64,000 nucleotides of DNA from Candidatus Eiseniibacteriota bacterium (lineage in GTDB: Bacteria; Eisenbacteria; RBG-16-71-46; CAIMUX01; JAHJDP01). Both the position numbers and the translations under genes were made by a program. Below, one piece after another: positions 58,399-64,000 of this stretch. The stretch lies in contig JAHJDP010000031.1 in NCBI GenBank assembly GCA_018831195.1, forward strand, positions 7,151-71,150, written 5' to 3'. The stretch's first letter is position 1. Each line of letters begins with the position of its first letter. The notes beneath the pieces are model-generated. The model worked only from the letters and a program-made list of their open reading frames with translations, had not been told where the DNA came from and made no database searches.

Positions 58399-59117
58399 GC
58401 CGATTTTTCTTCACCGTATCCGGCGACGAATTCCCGGATCTCCCGCGTCATCGCTTCCGGATCCTCGGCCTGGCATATCGCGGCCAGAACAGCGACACCA
58501 TGAACGCCGGCCCGGAGAACAGGTTCTATATTTTCTCTGTTCAACCCGCCGATCGCGACAAGCGGTATGGGGAATTTCGGTGTCAGGCCGGGAAGCGCTT
58601 CAATCCCAATAATCGGTCCGGCATCGGTTTTGGTGCTCGTGGAATAGATTGGGCCGAATCCGACATAATCGGCGCCCTCCTGCCATGCCTCTCGCGCCTC
58701 TTCCACCGTATCGACCGAAACGCCAATCACACGCTCGGGACCCAGCAAATGCCGCGCGAGTCGGATTGGGAAATCGTCTTGGCCGAGATGCACGCCGTCG
58801 GCATCGGCCGCGATCGCTACATCCACGCGGTCATTAATGATAAACTTTGTATTGGAGCGTGCGCATAAGGTTGCAATCTCCCGGGCCGTTTCAATCATCT
58901 GCCGGGTCGTCGCCTCTTTGTCACGATACTGCACAAAATCAGCCCCGCCGTTGATCATCTTTTGAGCCAACTCGACATGGCTGAAACGTTGTTGAATCGT
59001 GGTGTCAGTGATTGCGACCAACCATCTTTTTTTTCTCACTGAGAACTCCTTCTCTCTTCGTATGGATGGGAACGACCGCGGATCCGGCCTTGAACCCAGA
59101 ATCAATTTCAACCCCAT
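58395..59117 (-). CDS. thiE: Thiamine-phosphate synthase
   Basis: ...QYRDKEATT...INDRVDVA...GVHLGQDD...VGFGPIYSTSTK motifs; start taken after thiD stop (longest ORF reaches 59231). Confidence 0.8.
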   Translation of the reverse strand: MGLKLILGSRPDPRSFPSIRREKEFSVRKKRWLVAITDTTIQQRFSHVELAQKMINGGADFVQYRDKEATTRQMIETAREIATLCARSNTKFIINDRVDVAIAADADGVHLGQDDFPIRLARHLLGPERVIGVSVDTVEEAREAWQEGADYVGFGPIYSTSTKTDAGPIIGIEALPGLTPKFPIPLVAIGGLNRENIEPVLRAGVHGVAVLAAICQAEDPEAMTREIREFVAGYGEEKSA

Positions 59118-59139
59118 CTCCTGTGAGCTCGGAATATGA

Positions 59140-59955
59140 TTACCCATTGTCCTCTTCCGCGCCGGGAATATCATAGAATGGGTCGACCGGCCCCGACCCC
59201 TTGCCGATCCGCAGGCCATGCCGGATCGCATTCGTTATAAAAATCTTCGCTTCCTGCGCCGCTTCCAGCATAGTATCCCCGCACGCCAGGCGCCCCGCCA
59301 TCGCCGAGGCGAAGGTACATCCGGTGCCATGGGTGTGGGGTGTTAAATATCTGACCCCCATAAGCCAGGTGGTGTTATCTTCCGATACGAAAAGGTCAGC
59401 CGAGTGCTGGCCATCCCCCAGATGGCCTCCCTTGATAATGACATAATCCGGACCAAGTTTGATCAATTCCCTTCCCGCCTTCTGCATATCATCCTCATTG
59501 CGAACCGGGAATCCGCAGAGCCGCTCCGCCTCGGGCAGATTCGGCGTGATGACGCTTGCGAGCGGCATGAGTTTGTCGCGCAGCACCTCGACGGCGTCAT
59601 CATCTAAAAGGGCGTGGCCGTGTTTTGAAATCATGACAGGATCCAGGACAATCCAAGGCGTCTTCCGTTTGGCCAGCTCACGGGCAACCAGTTCCACAAT
59701 CGATGCATTCGCCAACATGCCGATCTTGACAGCATCGATTTTACAATCATCAAAGACTGCATGCAGTTGATCCCGGATCAGGTCGAGCGGCACCGGCTCC
59801 ACGCGTTCGACCTTGCGTGTATTCTGCGCCGTGATCGCTGTGATAACTGTGACGGCATAGGCTCCCAGCGCGTGAATCGCCTTGAGGTCGGCCTGAATTC
59901 CCGCCCCGGCGATCGAATCGGATCCAGCGATTGTTAAAACGATAGGTCGGATCAT
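59140..59955 (-). CDS. thiD: Hydroxymethylpyrimidine/phosphomethylpyrimidine kinase
   Basis: MIRPIVLTIAGSDSIAGAGIQADLK ribokinase-family start, GTGC motif. Confidence 0.9.
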   Translation of the reverse strand: MIRPIVLTIAGSDSIAGAGIQADLKAIHALGAYAVTVITAITAQNTRKVERVEPVPLDLIRDQLHAVFDDCKIDAVKIGMLANASIVELVARELAKRKTPWIVLDPVMISKHGHALLDDDAVEVLRDKLMPLASVITPNLPEAERLCGFPVRNEDDMQKAGRELIKLGPDYVIIKGGHLGDGQHSADLFVSEDNTTWLMGVRYLTPHTHGTGCTFASAMAGRLACGDTMLEAAQEAKIFITNAIRHGLRIGKGSGPVDPFYDIPGAEEDNG

Positions 59956-59991
59956 TAAAGTGATTTCCCTCGCTGATTCTCTTTTCGGCTG

Positions 59992-61032
59992 CTAGAACCC
60001 TTCAAATCGAGCCGTCACGCCGGCTGCATCGTTCGGCTCCCCCGCGGGATCGTAAATCCAGACATCGTCGACAATCGCCTCAACACCGTGCACCTCTTTC
60101 AATCCCGTGATCACCCAGATCTTCCCCGAAACGGTAACGACCGCCGACTGGGAGCGCGCTTCCGGCAACGATGTCAGAGCGAACCAGCTTCGTGTCTCCG
60201 TATCAAACCATCCGTTTAACCGGCCCGCATTTCCATTGCCGGTCATCACGATGATCCGTCCCTCGAGATTGACGACCCGGGGATGCTCCCATCCGACGGG
60301 AAGGGCGTTGTCGATCACCTCCCAGGTGCGTTCGATGAGGTTATACACAGCGACCGAGTCGGTGCGCGCGTTGCCGCGCTGCCCGCCGATAACATAGACA
60401 TGCCCATCGAGGTGGAAGACGCTGAAATCCTGCAACGTGTAGGGGAGGCGCGTCTCCTGCGATACGCTGGGCGCATTGAGATCGATGATCTCAACCAGAT
60501 CGGTCGGCGCGCCGGGAGTGTCCAAGCCGCCCAGGACCATCAATCCCGCGGGAACGACGACCGCCGCTCCGTCTTTGTGTCCGGCCGCCATCTGCACATT
60601 GATAAAGTCGATCGACATATCGGCGGGATCGAAGACTTCAATCAGACGGCTGACGGGTCCGTCATCGGCCCGGCCGCTGACCGCATAGACCTTCCGTTCG
60701 GCGGCGGCGAAGACGGTGCCGATGTTGGTCTGAAACTTCAGCTGGGGATACTCAATCCACCGCGCCGAATCGGGATCAAAAACCTCGACGCCGGGATAAT
60801 GGCCGAAGGTGCTGGTGCGGCCGCCCCCGATCAGGTAGACCTTGCCCTCCCACTCCACGGCCCCGGACTTCTCGCGCGCATCGTGAATCGACACGCCATG
60901 GCTCCACGTGGGCCCCGGTTCGATCGGCGGAACGGTCGGAGATTCCTTTTCGCACCCGGATAGGATCGCTATGGCGGCAGCAACAACGACCAAAGCCAAG
61001 ATCCCCACACCCCATCGCATACGCCACCTCAT
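59992..61032 (-). CDS. Kelch-repeat beta-propeller lipoprotein
   Basis: Lipobox AILSGC; repeated ..VYxIGG.. Kelch motifs. Confidence 0.65.
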   Translation of the reverse strand: MRWRMRWGVGILALVVVAAAIAILSGCEKESPTVPPIEPGPTWSHGVSIHDAREKSGAVEWEGKVYLIGGGRTSTFGHYPGVEVFDPDSARWIEYPQLKFQTNIGTVFAAAERKVYAVSGRADDGPVSRLIEVFDPADMSIDFINVQMAAGHKDGAAVVVPAGLMVLGGLDTPGAPTDLVEIIDLNAPSVSQETRLPYTLQDFSVFHLDGHVYVIGGQRGNARTDSVAVYNLIERTWEVIDNALPVGWEHPRVVNLEGRIIVMTGNGNAGRLNGWFDTETRSWFALTSLPEARSQSAVVTVSGKIWVITGLKEVHGVEAIVDDVWIYDPAGEPNDAAGVTARFEGF

Positions 61033-61170
61033 CGCTTCGAAAATTCCAGGAAACCCGCACCCTCTGAATCTAGCCCCTCAAGGCTCCCCACATCAATACG
61101 GCAAACTTGACCCCGGGATTCCCACGCCATCTACTGATGGTCAAGAATGACCCCTAATAAGGAGCGGCCC

Positions 61171-63492
61171 ATGGTTTGGACCACGACACATGGTTATCCC
61201 GGGATCGGCTTGAAACGCGAGCTGAAGAAGGCGATTGAGTCATTCTGGGCCGGCGAGAGCAACGAGGACGATCTCTCTGAGACGGCCCGCGCCCTGCAGC
61301 AGCAGCATTGGCGCGAGCAGGCCGAGGCCGGCGTCGACCTGATCCCATCCGGCGACTTCACATTATATGATCGCATGCTTGATATGTCGCTGTGGCTCGG
61401 CGCGATACCGCGTCGGTTCCACAAGGAGAATTCACTGACCGGCCCCTCGCTCCTCTTCGCGATGGCCCGCGGCACAGCCCAATCCGTCGCCTGTCCGATG
61501 CGGAAGTGGTTCGACTCGAATTATCACTACATCATGCCCGAACTCGACGATTTTTGCCCCGGGGCCGGAGAGCCCGCCGGTTCCCGCTCCGGCGCCAAGG
61601 CCGGCGCCTTTGATCCCGACCCCACCGATCTGGTTCTCGCCTTTCGGGAAGCGCAGGCCGGCGGATGGGACACCAAGCCGACGCTGATCGGGCCGCTGAC
61701 ATTTTTGGCTCTGTCGAACGCCGATCCCTCCGCGATCCCGGATCTATTGCGGGCGTTGGGACCGGTCTACGGGCTGATCATTGCAGCGCTGGCGCGTGAG
61801 GGGGCGGATTGGATCCAGCTTGATGAGCCGGCGCTCATTCTCGATCACACTTCCGGTTATTGGGCGGCGATGGAAGAGGCGTACGCCGCGATCGCCGCGA
61901 AGAAGGGCGCCTCGAACCTCATCGTCGCGACGTCTTATGGTGATGTGGCGGAGGCGTGGCCGGCGCTCATCGATCTGCCGGTCGATGCGATCGCGCTCGA
62001 TCTCGTTCACGGCCCGCACAACCGCGATCGGCTGCTGCACTCGGTTTTCCCATCCGACAAGACGCTCATCGCCGGTGTCGTCGATGGACGGAATATCTGG
62101 CGGATGGATTTGGCGGCGGTCCTCAGCCTGCTCGAGGTCCTGACGCAGAAAATCTCGCCCGAGCGGCTGGCCCTTGCCCCATCGTGCCATCTCTTTCACC
62201 TTCCTTATACAATTGAACGGGAGACGTCGCTCGATCCCGGACTGGCGGACCGGCTCGCCTTCGCGCGGGAGCGGCTGGAGGAGTTACACATTTTACAGGT
62301 GGGGATCAACGGGGGGCGGGATGCGATTGCCGGGGCGTTGGAGGAAAATCGCCGGCGCTTCTCGGATCATGCGGCGCGCCCCGGGCAAACGAACTCCGCC
62401 GTCAGGGAGCGGATGCAGAAGCTCAAGGAAAGCGATTATGCCCGCCTGCCCTACGCCGAACGCAGCCCGCAGCAGGATGCCGCCCTGCGGCTTCCGGTCC
62501 TGCCGACCACGACCATCGGCTCCCTTCCCCAGACGCCTGATCTCCGCAAAGCCCGCGCGCGTTACCGCAGCGGAAAGATGAATGGAGCGATCTACCGGGG
62601 ATTGCTTCAGGAGAAGATCCGCAAGGCGATTGGTCTTCAAGAAGAGCTGGGGCTGGATGTGCTGGTGCATGGCGAGTATGAGCGCGCTGATATGGCCGAG
62701 TTTTTCGCCGAACGGCTGGAGGGGATGACGGTCACGCAGCATGCCTGGGTGCAATCCTTCGGCACCCGGTATGTCCGGCCGCCGATCATCTACGGCGACA
62801 TCCAGCGAAGGGGGCCGATGTCGGTTCAGGAAACGGTCTATGCGCAATCGCTGACAACGCGCCCTGTGAAGGGGATGTTGACCGGGCCGGTGACGCTCCT
62901 CAACTGGTCGTTTGCGCGGCCTGATCTTTCGCATGAGCAGATCGCCACTCAACTCGCCCTCGCCCTGCGCGACGAAACGATGGAACTGGAGGCCGCGGGC
63001 ATCAAGATGATACAAATTGATGAGCCGGCCTTTCGCGAAGGGTTTCCACTGAAGCGCGGCGAGTGGCCGCTCTATCTCAAATGGGCGGTCCGCGCCTTCA
63101 GGCTGGCTTCCTCCGGCGTGTCGCCGCAAACTCAGATCCACACGCATATGTGCTATTCCGATTTCAGCAGCGTCATCGCATCGATCGAAGCGATGGACGC
63201 CGATGTCATCACGATCGAAAACTCCCGTGCGCCGCTGGAGCTGCTGCGCGTCTTCGGCGCCACCGGTTATCCGCGCGGAATCGGCCCCGGTGTCTATGAT
63301 GTGCACAGCGAGCGCGTCCCCACGGTGGGTGAAATGAGGGTGCTGATTCACCGGGCGCTGAAGGTCCTCCCCCGCAAAAATCTCTGGATCAACCCCGACT
63401 GCGGCCTAAAAACCCGCCGGATGAAAGAGGTGCTGCCCGCGCTGACAAATATGGTGGCAGCGGCGGCGCAGGTGCGGGATGAATTGGATTGA
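61171..63492 (+). CDS. metE: 5-methyltetrahydropteroyltriglutamate--homocysteine S-methyltransferase (cobalamin-independent methionine synthase)
   Basis: Duplicated (beta/alpha)8 halves, C-terminal Zn ligands (HTHMCYSDF, ENSR, C-terminal PDCGLKTR). Confidence 0.95.
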   Translation: MVWTTTHGYPGIGLKRELKKAIESFWAGESNEDDLSETARALQQQHWREQAEAGVDLIPSGDFTLYDRMLDMSLWLGAIPRRFHKENSLTGPSLLFAMARGTAQSVACPMRKWFDSNYHYIMPELDDFCPGAGEPAGSRSGAKAGAFDPDPTDLVLAFREAQAGGWDTKPTLIGPLTFLALSNADPSAIPDLLRALGPVYGLIIAALAREGADWIQLDEPALILDHTSGYWAAMEEAYAAIAAKKGASNLIVATSYGDVAEAWPALIDLPVDAIALDLVHGPHNRDRLLHSVFPSDKTLIAGVVDGRNIWRMDLAAVLSLLEVLTQKISPERLALAPSCHLFHLPYTIERETSLDPGLADRLAFARERLEELHILQVGINGGRDAIAGALEENRRRFSDHAARPGQTNSAVRERMQKLKESDYARLPYAERSPQQDAALRLPVLPTTTIGSLPQTPDLRKARARYRSGKMNGAIYRGLLQEKIRKAIGLQEELGLDVLVHGEYERADMAEFFAERLEGMTVTQHAWVQSFGTRYVRPPIIYGDIQRRGPMSVQETVYAQSLTTRPVKGMLTGPVTLLNWSFARPDLSHEQIATQLALALRDETMELEAAGIKMIQIDEPAFREGFPLKRGEWPLYLKWAVRAFRLASSGVSPQTQIHTHMCYSDFSSVIASIEAMDADVITIENSRAPLELLRVFGATGYPRGIGPGVYDVHSERVPTVGEMRVLIHRALKVLPRKNLWINPDCGLKTRRMKEVLPALTNMVAAAAQVRDELD

Positions 63493-63701
63493 GGTTATCA
63501 GAGTCCCTGGGCATGGCTTTAGCGAACGCCAGCGATGTTTCATAATGAAATTTGGCAAAATTCAATTTGAAACAATAGCAATTATCTAGGAATTCCTCGC
63601 CGCCGCGCCGCAGAGTTTTTATCCGCCCATAATTCTTTAAATCCTATAAATAAAAGCCTGTTAAGTCTATCAGAAAAACAGCCGCCCGGGAGTGCCCGTT
63701 T

Positions 63702-63716
63702 TGGCACAGCTTTCGC
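63702..63716 (+). promoter_or_regulatory. Weak sigma-54-like -24/-12 element TGGCAC-N5-TCGC upstream of hsp20
   Basis: One mismatch to TGGCAC-N5-TTGC; 93 nt upstream of start codon. Confidence 0.2.
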
Positions 63717-63808
63717 TTCATAGGTAATCCGGATATTAAAAATAAGGAAAACTTGGGTGGCTGGTTTCCTTTAACTCCAGTGACCCAGCAACAAAAAGGA
63801 GAAATGAA

Positions 63809-64000
63809 AATGACACTCGTAAGATGGCAACCCAAAACTCACGCCGTGATGGATCCGTTCTTTGGTTTCAACGATCTCAGCAGAGAGCTGAATCGCCTCT
63901 TCGAGGGGGACTCAACCAGCGGCTGCAGCGCCTGCAACTGGGCGCCGGCAATGGACGTGATCGAGAAGGATGACAATTACATCGTCACGATGGACCTGCC
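63809..64000 (+). CDS. Small heat-shock protein Hsp20 / alpha-crystallin family, 3'-partial at window edge
   Basis: RBS AAAAAGGAGA; MKMTLVRWQPKTHAVMDPFFGFNDLSRELNRLF...WAPAMDVIEKDDNYIVTMDLP is the canonical Hsp20 N-terminus; not in ORF track because it lacks a stop in window. Confidence 0.85.

Noticed and set aside
59956-61170. TPP riboswitch upstream of thiD, and B12 riboswitch upstream of metE
   Set aside because: The intergenic spaces are too short and lack CUGAGA/ACCUGA (TPP) or GAGACCUGCC-type (B12) boxes.
62293-63351. 352-aa ORF antisense to metE; similar long antisense ORFs at 19535..20455, 6865..7620, 12388..13116, 4643..5191, 54835..55641 and 60283..60963
   Set aside because: Typical high-GC shadow ORFs lying entirely inside well-supported genes on the opposite strand. 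They have a low-complexity Arg/Ala/Gly/Pro-rich composition and no motifs.
63644-63835. 63-aa ORF on minus strand
   Set aside because: It overlaps the hsp20 RBS and start on the opposite strand. It has a low-complexity sequence and no RBS.
1-64000. tRNA/rRNA genes
   Set aside because: No cloverleaf-compatible GTTCGAATC-type T-arm/acceptor pairs were seen in any intergenic region. No rRNA-like conserved stretches were seen either.

Overview
This is a densely coded bacterial chromosomal segment, about 58-62% GC by eye, with roughly 60 CDS on both strands. There are no rRNA, tRNA or CRISPR loci. Many adjacent genes overlap by 4 nt (ATGA or GTGA), and GTG/TTG starts are frequent.

Recognisable content:
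- Housekeeping enzymes: pgi, glmS, serA/serC with a DUF1015 gene, thiD-thiE-thiL and metE.
- A tonB-exbB-exbD operon.
- Two ECF sigma / anti-sigma / DUF4097 modules.
- An MCP chemoreceptor divergent from MocA- and XdhC-like molybdenum-cofactor genes.
- A TldD/PmbA pair next to a large S9 peptidase.
- A eukaryote-type squalene synthase.
- A TonB-dependent receptor locus preceded by a candidate cobalamin riboswitch.
- A partial Hsp20 gene at the window end.

The most unusual features:
1. A family of four signal-peptide, Cys-rich proteins that are otherwise dissimilar but share the same extreme C-terminal tail, (S/T)-T-W-G-x-[IV]-K-[RS]-[LI]-Y-[EQR]. Two are ~70% identical tandem paralogs directly downstream of tonB-exbBD. 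I propose the tail as a candidate undescribed C-terminal sorting/secretion tag. The tag is distinct from the T9SS-type C-terminal domain that also occurs in the window.
2. A protein built from 7 x 38-residue repeats plus a T9SS-like C-terminal domain.
3. A 4 x 14-bp tandem direct repeat in the promoter region of one of the tag-bearing genes.
4. A riboswitch - lipoprotein - TonB-dependent receptor - DUF4154 - hybrid kinase locus in a lower-GC patch.
5. A tandem-duplicated ThyX-like protein whose active-site motifs are split between its two halves.
6. A decayed mobile-element scar beside a truncated glycosyltransferase and a DUF4143 ATPase.

All calls rest on motif recognition by eye; no database searches were possible.
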